Program-made: the position numbers and the translations under genes | Assembly (NCBI GenBank): GCA_963796105.1 | Contig: CAWCKJ010000003.1 | Coordinates: 828,630 to 892,629 of the forward strand | DNA from: a candidate division FCPU426 bacterium | GTDB lineage: Bacteria > Oederibacteriota > Muellerivitia > Muellerivitales > Muellerivitaceae | DNA length: 64,000 nt | Reading direction: 5' to 3' | Notes under the pieces: generated by a model | The model's database searches: none | What the model saw: the letters and a program-made list of their open reading frames with translations, nothing else | Told to the model about the DNA's origin: nothing | In this document: positions 28,708-38,526 of the stretch, one piece after another | Layout of the letters: each line of letters opens with the position of its first letter | Position numbering within the stretch: position 1 is the stretch's first letter

Positions 28708-30243
28708 ATGCGAAGAATTATTTTATCCAGTGGATGCAGGTTGTTTCTTTTGGCGCTTCTGGGTTTCATCCCAATCGCCTGCGCGAATAATAACAACCCA
28801 ACCCAGCCGGGAAGATCGACTCCCGTCGCGACTTCAACTCCCACCCTTACGCCCCAGTACAGCGCCACCTCGACCCCAAGCCCAACGCCAACGGCCACTC
28901 TATCTCCTACCATCACCGTAACTTCCACACTGAGTCCCACGGTCACCCCTACCGGCACTCCGACGATAACTTTTTCCCCGACTTTTTCCACTACCGATAC
29001 CCCGACTTTGTCCCCCACTCCCCTAACACCTACCTATTCATATACCGCCACCCCTTCTTCAACCTTTACCGATTCACCCACGCCGAGTCCCACGGACACC
29101 GCCACAGAAACATCTACGGAAACTCCCACCCCCACCGCTACTTCTACCCCTACGCCTTCTCCGACCTTCACCGATTCCCCCACGCCTAGCCCCACGGACA
29201 CTCCCACTGAGACATTAACCTTTACCCCCACCGCTACCGCGACCGATACACCCACTTTTTCACCAACTATCACGAATACATCCACAGAGACCCCCACTGA
29301 GACATCAACCTATACCCCTACGCTTACCCCAACAATCACTCCCACCCCATTGACCGCAAACTGGACCATCGGAACCGGATCATTGCCCTTTTCCGTTATT
29401 TCAGCCACAGCCCTGGTGTACAACGGCAAAATGTGGGTCATGGGAGGAACCCAGGGTTCAGCCACCAACAACGTCTACTATTCCACTGATGGCGCCACGT
29501 GGTTCCAAGCGGCCGCCACGGCGCCTTTCACGGCGCGTACCGAACTCGCTTCCGTCGTGTTCGGCGGCAAGATGTGGGTCATCGGCGGATATTCCGCCGG
29601 AACTTGTTTTAATGACGCGTGGTATTCCACCGACGGTTCCACCTGGACCCAGGCGCCGGCCACGGCCCCTTATCCGGCCCGTTCCGGCCATACCGCCCTG
29701 GCGTATGGCGGATTGATGTGGGTCATCGGGGGAAACAATTGCGGCAACGCGGTCAATGACGTGTGGTACTCCTCCGACGGGGCCACCTGGACCCGCGCGC
29801 CCGCCACCGCGCCCTTCCCGGCCCGTATGTACCATACCTCACTGGTATATAACAGCATGATGTGGGTTATCGGGGGCGTACCGGGGTACACTTCGGGATT
29901 AAATGACGTTTGGTATTCCACCGACGGCGCTACTTGGACCCAGGCTCCCGCCACTGCGCCTTTTCCCGCGCGTTACGGCCATACTTCAGTTCTATACGAC
30001 AACAAGATGTGGGTTTTCGGCGGGAATGGATCAATGGGTTCCATAAGCGATTATAACGACTCATGGTATTCCACCGACGGCGCTACTTGGACAAAGACTC
30101 TCACCACTAATACTTATCCCGCGAGGTTTTTACATACCTCCGTGGTGTATAACAATTCGACCGGTTCAGGGCTTGACGGCGAGATGTGGATTATCAGCGG
30201 GAGGCAGAGCGGGTATCAATACGATACCTGGTACGCGCCCTGA
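28708..30243 (+). CDS. lipoprotein with Thr/Pro-rich stalk and Kelch-like beta-propeller
   Basis: Signal/lipobox MRRIILSSGCRLFLLALLGFIPIA|C, ~190 aa of TPT/SPT repeats, then 5-6 repeats of GGKMWVIGG..NDVWYSTDGATWTQAPATAPFPAR.GH. The ORF opens at 28678 (TTG). Confidence 0.8.
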   Translation: MRRIILSSGCRLFLLALLGFIPIACANNNNPTQPGRSTPVATSTPTLTPQYSATSTPSPTPTATLSPTITVTSTLSPTVTPTGTPTITFSPTFSTTDTPTLSPTPLTPTYSYTATPSSTFTDSPTPSPTDTATETSTETPTPTATSTPTPSPTFTDSPTPSPTDTPTETLTFTPTATATDTPTFSPTITNTSTETPTETSTYTPTLTPTITPTPLTANWTIGTGSLPFSVISATALVYNGKMWVMGGTQGSATNNVYYSTDGATWFQAAATAPFTARTELASVVFGGKMWVIGGYSAGTCFNDAWYSTDGSTWTQAPATAPYPARSGHTALAYGGLMWVIGGNNCGNAVNDVWYSSDGATWTRAPATAPFPARMYHTSLVYNSMMWVIGGVPGYTSGLNDVWYSTDGATWTQAPATAPFPARYGHTSVLYDNKMWVFGGNGSMGSISDYNDSWYSTDGATWTKTLTTNTYPARFLHTSVVYNNSTGSGLDGEMWIISGRQSGYQYDTWYAP

Positions 30244-30305
30244 GTGTTGGTTCAGCGAAAGCCTGATTGAGGTTCAGCATGTGGTGGAATTGGAATTTTT
30301 TCCCC

Positions 30306-30490
30306 ATCCCATGAATCCCCTGCATGCCAGCCATCCATGAAGCTTATAGGGAGGCTGGTATCGTACCGATTTCATTATCTGGTTTATGGAAAATCGGAAA
30401 ATCCCAGCGAAAAATTGTTTAAGTCTTAAATTCAGGTTTGATTTTCGCGACACGAAAATCCTCATCCATTTAACATTTAAAAATTAGAAC
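30306..30490 (+). repeat. dispersed intergenic repeat, copy 2 (with nested ~77-bp hairpin module)
   Basis: Shares ATGAATCCCCTG..ATCCCAGCGA..GATTTTCGCGACACGAAAATC..CATTTAACATTTAAAAATT with 33741-33855. The inner segment GGCTGGTATCGTACCGATTTC..AAATCGG recurs at 40417-40460. Confidence 0.7.
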
Positions 30491-30606
30491 TCTAGCTATG
30501 TTTTTCTTTTGCCGAGGATAGGTTTAATCTGTAATTTTTCATTCTTCATTGTTCATTTCCGTTTTGTCAGTTTTCTCCCACATCCTGAAAACCATAAATA
30601 TCTCTT

Positions 30607-31592
30607 TATGCTTATGCACAAAGTGACCGTGCTGTAATGGGTTTTGCTAAGGCACATGCGGTCAAAGCACGGTGAAATAAGGAATCGGGATCATGACGAC
30701 GGTTGAACCGATAGGCATATTCACTTAGATACCGGCCTAAATACTTAGCATCAACGCCATGATGAGTTCCAATGATCCAGGCCTTGGCGTTGGAAATGAA
30801 CCGGTGTACCCAGGGCAACCAACTTTCCAACTCTTTCGGGTCATTGGCCATCACCCGGTAGTCTGCCTCCACTCCTTTGAGTTCACGCAAGGCTGGCGAA
30901 GCATCTGTGTTGAGGAAAGAGCCTTTTTCCATAGTCTGATTCACGAATTCCTGGCTCTCCCACTTGGTTTCCATAGCTACCTTCACCTTGGCAAAACCCG
31001 CTTTTTCCTTCTTGCAACCATTCTCATCCACCCATTCCTTGCTTTCCACCGCCACCAAGACTTCCACTTGGTTTTCCTTGGCCTTTTTCCCAAAAACCGC
31101 CCCATCCAACTCAATGACGCCCTTTAGAGTATAGCTTTCGTCCTTTTGCCTAAGACCTTCCCGGATCTTATGCAATAGAAGCCATGCCGAATGATCCGAA
31201 AGATTTAAATGCCGCTTCAGTTCCAGGGCCGAAATACCCCGTTTGCCCTGCATCATCAAACTGATGGCCCTGACCCAGGTTAAAAGAGGCAGCTTGGAGC
31301 TTTCAAAAATCGTCCCGGCGCGAAGCCGAAGACGTTTCCGGCAATAGTCACATTCCCTCACTTCAGGCTTGGCCTGGTGTTGCCAGAAGCTTTCGCCCTC
31401 ACATTGGGGACAAACAAAGTCTTTCCCGCCGAAACGGCATCTCCACACCCATTGGCGGGCTTCTTCTTCCGTGTGGATTTTCCTCAGAATTTTAATGCTT
31501 TTCATCCGCTGGTAGCTCATGTACCACCTCCCGTAGCGGACAGTATACCTATGTATTCCTTTATTTCAAGGGTCACTTAATACAGAAGCATG
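30607..31592 (-). mobile_element. IS1595-family insertion sequence, copy B
   Basis: The same 986-bp unit. 8-bp TATCTCTT at 30599-30606 and 31593-31600. Confidence 0.9.
30612..31520 (-). CDS. IS1595-family transposase
   Basis: 302 aa, identical to copy A. Confidence 0.9.
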   Translation of the reverse strand: MSYQRMKSIKILRKIHTEEEARQWVWRCRFGGKDFVCPQCEGESFWQHQAKPEVRECDYCRKRLRLRAGTIFESSKLPLLTWVRAISLMMQGKRGISALELKRHLNLSDHSAWLLLHKIREGLRQKDESYTLKGVIELDGAVFGKKAKENQVEVLVAVESKEWVDENGCKKEKAGFAKVKVAMETKWESQEFVNQTMEKGSFLNTDASPALRELKGVEADYRVMANDPKELESWLPWVHRFISNAKAWIIGTHHGVDAKYLGRYLSEYAYRFNRRHDPDSLFHRALTACALAKPITARSLCA

Positions 31593-31600
31593 TATCTCTT

Positions 31601-32586
31601 TATGCTTATGCACAAAGTGACCGTGCTGTAATGGGTTTTGCTAAGGCACATGCGGTCAAAGCACGGTGAAATAAGGAATCGGGATCATGACGACGGTTGA
31701 ACCGATAGGCATATTCACTTAGATACCGGCCTAAATACTTAGCATCAACGCCATGATGAGTTCCAATGATCCAGGCCTTGGCGTTGGAAATGAACCGGTG
31801 TACCCAGGGCAACCAACTTTCCAACTCTTTCGGGTCATTGGCCATCACCCGGTAGTCTGCCTCCACTCCTTTGAGTTCACGCAAGGCTGGCGAAGCATCT
31901 GTGTTGAGGAAAGAGCCTTTTTCCATAGTCTGATTCACGAATTCCTGGCTCTCCCACTTGGTTTCCATAGCTACCTTCACCTTGGCAAAACCCGCTTTTT
32001 CCTTCTTGCAACCATTCTCATCCACCCATTCCTTGCTTTCCACCGCCACCAAGACTTCCACTTGGTTTTCCTTGGCCTTTTTCCCAAAAACCGCCCCATC
32101 CAACTCAATGACGCCCTTTAGAGTATAGCTTTCGTCCTTTTGCCTAAGACCTTCCCGGATCTTATGCAATAGAAGCCATGCCGAATGATCCGAAAGATTT
32201 AAATGCCGCTTCAGTTCCAGGGCCGAAATACCCCGTTTGCCCTGCATCATCAAACTGATGGCCCTGACCCAGGTTAAAAGAGGCAGCTTGGAGCTTTCAA
32301 AAATCGTCCCGGCGCGAAGCCGAAGACGTTTCCGGCAATAGTCACATTCCCTCACTTCAGGCTTGGCCTGGTGTTGCCAGAAGCTTTCGCCCTCACATTG
32401 GGGACAAACAAAGTCTTTCCCGCCGAAACGGCATCTCCACACCCATTGGCGGGCTTCTTCTTCCGTGTGGATTTTCCTCAGAATTTTAATGCTTTTCATC
32501 CGCTGGTAGCTCATGTACCACCTCCCGTAGCGGACAGTATACCTATGTATTCCTTTATTTCAAGGGTCACTTAATACAGAAGCATG
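31601..32586 (-). mobile_element. IS1595-family insertion sequence, copy C (head-to-tail with copy B)
   Basis: The same 986-bp unit begins 8 bp after copy B. TATCTCTT at 31593-31600 and 32587-32594. Confidence 0.9.
31606..32514 (-). CDS. IS1595-family transposase
   Basis: 302 aa, identical to copy A. Confidence 0.9.
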   Translation of the reverse strand: MSYQRMKSIKILRKIHTEEEARQWVWRCRFGGKDFVCPQCEGESFWQHQAKPEVRECDYCRKRLRLRAGTIFESSKLPLLTWVRAISLMMQGKRGISALELKRHLNLSDHSAWLLLHKIREGLRQKDESYTLKGVIELDGAVFGKKAKENQVEVLVAVESKEWVDENGCKKEKAGFAKVKVAMETKWESQEFVNQTMEKGSFLNTDASPALRELKGVEADYRVMANDPKELESWLPWVHRFISNAKAWIIGTHHGVDAKYLGRYLSEYAYRFNRRHDPDSLFHRALTACALAKPITARSLCA

Positions 32587-32705
32587 TATCTCTTTAATTG
32601 ATCGTTTTACAGCCTAGGAGTATGATCATTAAATCGCTGTAAATACGCGGGGAAACACCCATAACTTTCCAGATTATTAAACGTCTAAATATAAGGAGGT
32701 ATCTC

Positions 32706-33692
32706 ATGAAATATATGTCCATTCGGTTTTATGTCTTAATCCTCGGGGCCACGGTCCTCCTGGACGCAGGGTGCAGTTCCAAAAATAGCCCAACTTCCAC
32801 ACCCAATAACTTCTCCGCCCCATCCCTATATTCCCAAAAACCAGAAACGGCGATTACACAAACACCAGAGGATAATCCATCTGGTATCAGCTATTATGAC
32901 GGCCATCTTTGGGTTGCCTTTGATCGGGGGGGGGCAACGCCCTATTTAGGCGAATACAACACAAGTGGCCAATCCATTACTGTAATTGACACATTTAATG
33001 GCAATAGCAAGTTCTTCGGTTCTACGGACGTAAAAACCGGGCCGGATGGAACGGTCTATGTTGCGGATTCGGATAATAACCGAATTGATGTTTTCTCTTC
33101 TTCCGGTGCTTATCAAACTGCCATCACGGGTTTATCTTATGGCAGAAGTGTCGTCGTAAACTCGTCCGGAACCACCCTTTACGCGCTGGACGGAACTCCG
33201 GCAATTCAAGTCTACAAAATCGATAATTTCACAAAACCCAAGACTTTTACCTATGTCGGAATCCTCGGCACGATAAGTCCAGGGGTGAATGCCTCTTGCG
33301 AACCATTCTATTTAGCTATAGATTCCAACGGTAATGTCTACGTAAGCATCATGAACGAGAACTATTCACCCAATATGTATTATTCGTCCATCCTTAAATA
33401 CAGCCCGACTATTGGTTCGACCCCGGTCTCTTTCAGTTCTTCTTGTACTAATCCGGAAGGTATCGTTGTTGATCACGAGGGTAATGTTTTCATGAGCTGC
33501 TACTCTCCCTCGAATTATGTTCAAGAATTCACCCCATTGGAAAATACCTATACCGCGGGAGTTACATTTGGAAATGGGATTTTAGATTATCCCATTGGAC
33601 TTACTCTGGACGAATCAGAAAACCTCTATGTGGCCGACAGTGGCCATAGTCGGATTTTGGAATACAAACGAGAGTCTTTAAGGGGCTTTTAG
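32706..33692 (+). CDS. NHL-repeat lipoprotein
   Basis: 328 aa. AAGGAGG RBS and lipobox (LLDAG|C). Blades with the VYVADSDNNRIDVF and LYVADSGHSRILEY signatures. Confidence 0.8.
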   Translation: MKYMSIRFYVLILGATVLLDAGCSSKNSPTSTPNNFSAPSLYSQKPETAITQTPEDNPSGISYYDGHLWVAFDRGGATPYLGEYNTSGQSITVIDTFNGNSKFFGSTDVKTGPDGTVYVADSDNNRIDVFSSSGAYQTAITGLSYGRSVVVNSSGTTLYALDGTPAIQVYKIDNFTKPKTFTYVGILGTISPGVNASCEPFYLAIDSNGNVYVSIMNENYSPNMYYSSILKYSPTIGSTPVSFSSSCTNPEGIVVDHEGNVFMSCYSPSNYVQEFTPLENTYTAGVTFGNGILDYPIGLTLDESENLYVADSGHSRILEYKRESLRGF

Positions 33693-33740
33693 GCCTCTAC
33701 CCCAACTCATCATTCATAATTACCATGAATGTCTTGCCTA

Positions 33741-33855
33741 TCCTATGAATCCCCTGAATCCCAGCGAGAATTATTTGAGTTTTATATTGCTGCTTGATTT
33801 TCGAGAAACGAAAATCCTCAACAATTTAGAATTCATAATTTAAAATTCAAAATTG
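33741..33855 (+). repeat. dispersed intergenic repeat, copy 3
   Basis: ATGAATCCCCTGAATCCCAGCGAGAATTATTTGAGTTTTATATTGCTGCTTGATTTTCGAGAAACGAAAATCCTCAACAATTTAGAATTCATAATTTAAAATTCAAAATT. The hairpin stem is conserved while the loop differs. Confidence 0.7.
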
Positions 33856-33860
33856 TCTTT

Positions 33861-34862
33861 TCAAGGTGGTGGCGGCGGTATATCCGGCGTGGGCGTCGGC
33901 AAGGGTTCCGGAAGCGACATATCTTCCGATCCCGCTATGACCGGCACGACCTCATTGGATTCAGGATAGCCGGATTCGGTGGGATGCTTGACGACCTTGT
34001 GCCTGACCACCTTTTTGGGTTTTTGCTTAGGCTTGGGTTTCGGCTTCGGCTTGGCTTTTTTTACAGGCTTGTGCTTAACCCGGGGCTTTGGGACGGGGGT
34101 GGCCGTGGGCTCCGGCGTGGGGGTGTAAGTCGGTGGAACCTCCGTTGGGGTCATGACCGGGACTATCGTCGGGACCGGAGTCGGTGGGGGCGGGGGCGGG
34201 TTTTCACTCGGCAGGTATTCCGTGAAGTACCACCGCGCCCCGAACCATACGCCCAATCCGAGCAAAATGAGGAAAAACCAGAAGCCCTTGTTCCCCTTGG
34301 GCTTTTCGGCTTCGGGCCTCTTCCTCAAATCCGGGACGATCTTATAGACATCCACCTTGTGGGAAACGTTCTTGAGCTCCTTGGGGCCCATGTAAACGGT
34401 CTTGAATTCCTTCAGGCTCTTGATGTTGTGGTACACGTCCTCGGAGACGCAGATGGTTCCTGGGTCCGCGATGGCCTGGAGGCGGGCCGCGATATTGACC
34501 CCGTCCCCGAAAATGTCGTTGTCTGCGATGACCACGTCCCCGACGTGGATGCCGATTCGCACCTGGCGGGGCTCTTTGGCGGTGAAGTCATGCTCGTGGA
34601 GGCGCCTTTGGATGGTGACCGCGCAGCGCACCGCGTTGACGGCGCTGGAAAAATCGGCCAAAAAGGCATCCCCCACCGTCTTGATGACCTTGCCCGCGTG
34701 CTTCTCCACCTCTAGATATATGAGGAGTTTGTGGAATTTCAGGTAGGAAAGGGTGGCGGTTTCGTCCAATTCCATCATCTTGCTGTAGCCCACGATATCC
34801 GTGAACATGATGGCGGAAAGTTTGCGGTGTAGGTCCGGATCAGGCATTGAAAACCCCTTCAT
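33861..34862 (-). CDS. class III adenylate/guanylate cyclase with TM helix and Pro/Lys-rich tail
   Basis: N-terminal catalytic domain (IMFTDIVGYS, KTVGDAFLADF, RIGIHVGDVV, FGDGVNIAARL), then one TM helix and a low-complexity PPPPTP/KPKPK C-terminus. Confidence 0.85.
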   Translation of the reverse strand: MKGFSMPDPDLHRKLSAIMFTDIVGYSKMMELDETATLSYLKFHKLLIYLEVEKHAGKVIKTVGDAFLADFSSAVNAVRCAVTIQRRLHEHDFTAKEPRQVRIGIHVGDVVIADNDIFGDGVNIAARLQAIADPGTICVSEDVYHNIKSLKEFKTVYMGPKELKNVSHKVDVYKIVPDLRKRPEAEKPKGNKGFWFFLILLGLGVWFGARWYFTEYLPSENPPPPPPTPVPTIVPVMTPTEVPPTYTPTPEPTATPVPKPRVKHKPVKKAKPKPKPKPKQKPKKVVRHKVVKHPTESGYPESNEVVPVIAGSEDMSLPEPLPTPTPDIPPPPP

Positions 34863-35201
34863 TTCACTAGGGAAAACGTGCTTATTATATAAGGCTGGAA
34901 TAAGGTTATGTTAGAAAAGAAAAGCCGGGGAATATTAGTCAAACGGCTATGATTAGACTTTTTCTCACCTGTTTTAACTTCAAGTGTTGTCTTCCCATTC
35001 GCTTAAAGTTTGTTCAACTCCCTTTTCGATTCCGGTCTTGATCCCCCCTCTACTCTTAAAATTGAACAATGAAGAAAAAATGGTATCTGGATTTCGATAT
35101 GATTATTTTCAACTAAATACAGTTAATTTAACGTTTAATTTTTGCATTATATTTATTGTTTTTTTATTGAAAGTTTTTAAGACCAGTATTAAATTTTTAA
35201 T

Positions 35202-35372
35202 ATGACCACACATAAAGTTGTTAATTTCAACTCCTCCGGTCAATCCACCGTTGAATATGCCTTAACCCTGACAGTTGTTTTCTTGAGTTTTGTCGGGGTT
35301 ACCACGCTCTTCTCGGGCCAATTGAACCGTTACTTATCCCAACTTTTCGATATGGTCAAGCTTCCATTTTGA
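35202..35372 (+). CDS. Flp-family pilin-like protein (56 aa)
   Basis: Not in the ORF track because it is under 60 aa. MTTHKVVNFNSSGQSTVEYALTLTVVFLSFVGV carries the G/xxxxEY Flp processing motif and a hydrophobic helix. Confidence 0.55.
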   Translation: MTTHKVVNFNSSGQSTVEYALTLTVVFLSFVGVTTLFSGQLNRYLSQLFDMVKLPF

Positions 35373-35391
35373 AAATATAAAGGGGTGTTTT

Positions 35392-35583
35392 ATGAAAAAA
35401 TTGAATCAAAAAGGCCAAGGCATGACTGAATATATATTAATAGTCGCTTTAATCGCGGTGGCGGTCATCGCCGCAGTGAAGATATTCGGCCATACTGTTC
35501 AATCTGGGTTTAACAGCGCCTCAACCGCTGTTGGCGGCGCGGTGGGGTCTGGGATCGCCCAAGGAACTGGTTCAAGTAAGTAA
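35392..35583 (+). CDS. flp: Flp/Fap type IVb pilin
   Basis: 63 aa. MKKLNQKGQG|MTEYILIVALIAVAVIAAV is the classic Flp leader plus the EY motif. AAGGGG RBS. Confidence 0.85.
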   Translation: MKKLNQKGQGMTEYILIVALIAVAVIAAVKIFGHTVQSGFNSASTAVGGAVGSGIAQGTGSSK

Positions 35584-35588
35584 TCAGC

Positions 35589-36140
35589 ATGCCGCACTTG
35601 AATCAAAAGGGGCAATCGGCGGTTGAGTTTGCCCTTCTTTCCCCATTATTGTTTGTTATATTCTTCGGCATCATCCAGCTCGCTTATTCTGTTTACGTTG
35701 CCTTTGCCGTCCAAAGGGCTGCGTACGCTATCGCACGCGAAGCTGCGGCTTCAACAGATCCAATAAGCTTCAATCCCTATTTCCAATTGGTTTATTGCCT
35801 TGCTCCCTTGGGCCAATTGAATAGCTCGACCCTAGCCACAGCCTTAGCAACCAAATGTGATATATCGGTCGAGGACGAAACAGTCAAGGTACGATTGCTT
35901 TATCCCATGCCCATTTGGGTTCCAATGATAGATAAGCTTTTTGGGGAAAAACTCCAGTTAAACCCATCCAACTTGGGAGCTGCTGATTCCAGTTTAAAAT
36001 CAGCTTTTCAAATTATCGGAAAAACCCCACCCGAATTATCCCTCCAGGGCTTAACTCTTCCCTATGTCCGTTTCATGGCTTTTTCCGCTACAACCCCGGA
36101 AGAAACTTCTCTTGGCTATCAGGTGGATACCAATGATTAA
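35589..36140 (+). CDS. TadE-like pseudopilin
   Basis: 183 aa. N-terminus NQKGQSAVEFALLSPLLFVIFFGIIQ matches the TadE/TadF-like pattern. Confidence 0.75.
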   Translation: MPHLNQKGQSAVEFALLSPLLFVIFFGIIQLAYSVYVAFAVQRAAYAIAREAAASTDPISFNPYFQLVYCLAPLGQLNSSTLATALATKCDISVEDETVKVRLLYPMPIWVPMIDKLFGEKLQLNPSNLGAADSSLKSAFQIIGKTPPELSLQGLTLPYVRFMAFSATTPEETSLGYQVDTND

Positions 36141-37326
36141 ACTTAACCGTTGGTCCTCCTCCCCCCCGGGACAAGTCCTTCTCGCCACTTTGGTTTTTTG
36201 TTTCATTTTCCTCGCACTTTTTATTGGCGTTTACAAATCCGGACTACTCTACAACGCCAAGGAAAGGGCGTGCCGATCCACTGAAATGACCGCACTTTCT
36301 ATGGGAGCTGTTTACGCCAATGGAATCCAATTGGTCCGGCTATCCAATGCCATACTTTTGGGCTTCGCCTTGGTGGACCTGGCAGTCATACTCGGCGTGA
36401 CCCATATCAGCGGAGGCCTAGCTTTGCCCGTCATTGAAGCCGTCGATCCCCACACCCGTAACTTCGTCCAGATCGTCCAGAAAGTTCTTTTCGGAGTCTC
36501 ACTTCCCACAGGGGCTTACCCTTTCCTGATATTTTCTGAAGGGTTATCCTCCGCCAGCAACAACCAATTGCGGGACAATTGGCCGGATCCTGCCAAGCTT
36601 TCATGGAGTGTTCCGTTGCCTCCCTCGCCTGTCTTCTTGTTCAACCTCCAAGGGCCTTATCCGATGGAAGCCTTTCTACCCAACATGGCCCTGAAGTTCA
36701 GGACACTGGATTTGTTCTTATTCAAGCTTCCCGAGAAATCCACGAAAGCCATATACTTTCTAAAGGATAAAAGGACGGGAAAAACACACTATTTCGAGCA
36801 ACACGAGGTTGAAATCGCCCCTAACTCCAAAAATATCGGCCAATTGAGGGTGAAAAGCGGTGAATTCGAGAATAAGTACGTCGGGGTGTTAAGGGAAACA
36901 GAGGAAGAAACCGCGAAGGAAGCACAGAAGCGCGCTGAGAAAGCCGCGGGTAAAAAGTTAAAGTCCCTTTTTACTTATGGCAAAGCACTGAAACAAATCA
37001 AGATGGACGTCACGGATCGGGATGATATTCCCAACCATACCGTGATCGTTTATTCAAGCTTTCCAGCCAAGGTCCAGGGGCCCCAGGGGTCACAATCCGA
37101 AGTCCAGTCCATAAGCGAAGTTTCAGTAGAGGGTCCAGGCATGGCGGCATGGGACCTATTCGCCCCTCCATACCAATGCAAACTCATGCCTAAGGATCCC
37201 GCTGAAATCGCGAGACTGATGAAGGTACAAGGCATGGTTCAAACCTGGGCCTCACAGGGAAAACTTCCGGGGTTAAAAGACATGTTCAGCATGATACTTG
37301 GGGATCACAACCATGAAAACCCATGA
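36133..37326 (+). CDS. TadG-like pilus assembly membrane protein
   Basis: The ATG overlaps the previous stop (ATGATTAA). N-terminal anchor PGQVLLATLVFCFIFLALFIGVY, followed by an ..STEMTALSMGAVYA segment reminiscent of the TadE/G-like N-terminal domain. The rest is unassigned. Confidence 0.55.
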   Translation: MIKLNRWSSSPPGQVLLATLVFCFIFLALFIGVYKSGLLYNAKERACRSTEMTALSMGAVYANGIQLVRLSNAILLGFALVDLAVILGVTHISGGLALPVIEAVDPHTRNFVQIVQKVLFGVSLPTGAYPFLIFSEGLSSASNNQLRDNWPDPAKLSWSVPLPPSPVFLFNLQGPYPMEAFLPNMALKFRTLDLFLFKLPEKSTKAIYFLKDKRTGKTHYFEQHEVEIAPNSKNIGQLRVKSGEFENKYVGVLRETEEETAKEAQKRAEKAAGKKLKSLFTYGKALKQIKMDVTDRDDIPNHTVIVYSSFPAKVQGPQGSQSEVQSISEVSVEGPGMAAWDLFAPPYQCKLMPKDPAEIARLMKVQGMVQTWASQGKLPGLKDMFSMILGDHNHENP

Positions 37327-37792
37327 GAAAAACAATGGCCAGGGAATGACAGAATTCCTAATAGTTATTCCACTTCTTTTATTGATGGCGGCAGGAATGG
37401 TTCAATTTTATCTACTATTTGCCGCTCGTTCTTCATTCGAACATGCTTGCGGTACAGCTGCCCGTTATTACGCGGCTGGTGAAATAGAGCCGAAGGATTT
37501 CGCGAGTGAAGCCTGGGATGATTTGGGGGATGACCAACATTTTTTTATTCCCGGTACATTGCGTGCCTTTCCAATCGCCGCAACCTCTTCCCTAACTTCC
37601 CTTTTCACAAACCGAATGAACATTTTCGGCCCCCTTCTTTCCAAACTCAAGGACTATGCACTCAATTACACAGGTCAGAAATGGCTGGTCTCCATCCAAT
37701 ATCGCGGGTCACCTTTTTTTGGATACCTTTTCCACAATGGCCTTTGTCTGGAGACCCAATTAGCTGTAATGCGTTACCCGGAGGCCCCATGA
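37313..37792 (+). CDS. TadE/TadF-like pseudopilin
   Basis: N-terminus MKTHEKNNGQGMTEFLIVIPLLLLMAAGMVQF (G/xTEF plus hydrophobic helix). Overlaps the upstream gene end. Confidence 0.7.
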   Translation: MKTHEKNNGQGMTEFLIVIPLLLLMAAGMVQFYLLFAARSSFEHACGTAARYYAAGEIEPKDFASEAWDDLGDDQHFFIPGTLRAFPIAATSSLTSLFTNRMNIFGPLLSKLKDYALNYTGQKWLVSIQYRGSPFFGYLFHNGLCLETQLAVMRYPEAP

Positions 37793-38505
37793 ATAAATAC
37801 TGGTTTTGGGGCACCATCGTTTTTTGGTTCATCCTGGCCAGCGCGTTTCTCAGCCGGGCCTTGATATTTTCACCCGTGTGTTTCTCGCCTAAAACCATTT
37901 GCCAATACGAATCAACAACCAACGGAGTGAAAGAAACTAACCTGGTGTGGGTTAACCAAGGCAAATTAATAAACCTTCTTCCGATCATTATGGATAAATT
38001 CCATTCAGAGGGTTGGACACCCGAGGGCCGGGAATTAAATTTGACGCCAATCTTATTGGAGCTTTCCAACAAAAACCCATCCCTGGAGGGGCGTCTGGAA
38101 ATTCACGCCTTTAAGAAAGCTGGTGTCACAAAGGCCCTAGGCTTATTGGAAAACCCAGATTCTGGCATGACTTATGGATGGGAAGGAGAGTTACCAGGTG
38201 GAATCTTCAATCTAACACAAGCTCGATCCCATTGGGACTTCCCTTTTTCACCGCCAGAGGAAAGCCGTGAAATTTTCTGTCAAAAACTCCAAAATTTCAA
38301 GATCGGATTGATTTACATGGACCCCAGCAACAGTCTTCGCCAAAAGTTTTTCGCTTTGTGCCTCCAGCAGGGATTCAACTTTCGACCATGGAAGGGGGAT
38401 CCCGGCAGAGAGGCTTACTTGCTCTCAAAAACTTCTGTTAGGCTTTTAGCCGTATTGAATCCACAATCTTTGGAAGATGTGATCGCCTTGGTCAGTTTGA
38501 ATTAA
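37789..38505 (+). CDS. hypothetical membrane-anchored protein of the tad cluster
   Basis: ATGA overlap with the previous stop. MNKYWFWGTIVFWFILASAFL anchor. No family recognised. Confidence 0.55.
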   Translation: MNKYWFWGTIVFWFILASAFLSRALIFSPVCFSPKTICQYESTTNGVKETNLVWVNQGKLINLLPIIMDKFHSEGWTPEGRELNLTPILLELSNKNPSLEGRLEIHAFKKAGVTKALGLLENPDSGMTYGWEGELPGGIFNLTQARSHWDFPFSPPEESREIFCQKLQNFKIGLIYMDPSNSLRQKFFALCLQQGFNFRPWKGDPGREAYLLSKTSVRLLAVLNPQSLEDVIALVSLN

Positions 38506-38526
38506 GACATTTAGAAAGGAAAAGAT

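Noticed and set aside
36064-37788. N-terminal extensions of the ORF-track entries 36064.. and 37681.. (and 20297.., 26312..27127, 40726..43347, 56024..61678).
   Set aside because: Internal ATGs give canonical signal, anchor or prepilin N-termini, have RBS-like sequences, or form ATGA / TAATG overlaps with the preceding stop. The upstream extensions overlap neighbouring genes or lack any RBS.
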